Shown in pieces: positions 63,855 to 64,000 of a stretch of 64,000 nt of DNA (its first letter is position 1; each line of letters opens with the position of its first letter). This DNA is from Callorhinchus milii (taxonomy: Eukaryota), in the NCBI RefSeq assembly GCF_018977255.1, contig NW_024704743.1, forward strand, positions 114,578,001-114,642,000, in the 5' to 3' direction. The notes under the pieces were generated by a model. That model saw only the letters and a list, made by a program, of their open reading frames with translations, searched no databases and was not told the DNA's origin. The position numbers and the translations under genes were made by a program.

Positions 63855-63945
63855 CTTGTAAACTCCGTTCCGGGTAGAAGTGTTTGGTTTGTTCAAAAGC
63901 CTTTGTCACGACAGGCCCCTTCAGAAGATTACTGATCGAATCCAC
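63855..63945 (-). CDS. PREX2: PREX2 coding exon (91 nt): [30 protein letters not shown]; the gene continues 5' beyond the window
   Basis: Minus strand reads ...aacag|GTGGAT...TTACAAG|gtaac. The peptide resembles P-Rex sequence preceding the IP4P region. Its phase-1 end joins the next exon (G|AG = Glu). Confidence 0.88.
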
Positions 63946-64000
63946 CTGTTGGGATCAAAGCACAGTCGATGGAACTGTCCACACAACAGGCTGAAACAGC

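Noticed and set aside
9228..63945. Assignment to PREX1 or INPP4A/B
   Set aside because: Motifs such as [44 protein letters not shown] and [17 protein letters not shown] are PREX2-type, and the INPP4 CKSAKDR motif is absent.

Overview
Eukaryotic (vertebrate) genomic DNA. From the repeat content (L2 LINEs with (GTT)n tails, tRNA-headed and Deu-domain SINEs with (ATT)n tails, CR1/HER1-type LINE tails) it is most likely a cartilaginous fish, possibly a chimaera; this is inference. The only gene I can support is the 3' part of PREX2 on the minus strand: 12 GT-AG coding exons, join(63945..63855, 58469..58341, 53424..53383, 52873..52656, 50132..50030, 44798..44655, 44517..44403, 34573..34510, 34284..34094, 19849..19747, 15041..14974, 9270..9228). 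They total 1311 nt (436 aa plus stop) with consistent phases and encode the C-terminal INPP4-like (IP4P) domain; a probable 3' UTR of about 3.4 kb follows. Nearly all other ORFs in the track are repeat fragments or chance ORFs. I found no convincing new multi-gene system. The best second-look items are: a minisatellite built from the PBX-PREP/MEIS decamer TGATTGACAG; a young L2-derived element with an apparently fixed 5' end; two independent insertions at the same site of an ancient LF-SINE-like repeat; a templated insertion; an inverted L2 pair bracketing an in-frame 363-nt exon block; and two small non-autonomous DNA transposons. Family names and human comparisons are from recalled sequences, not from searches.
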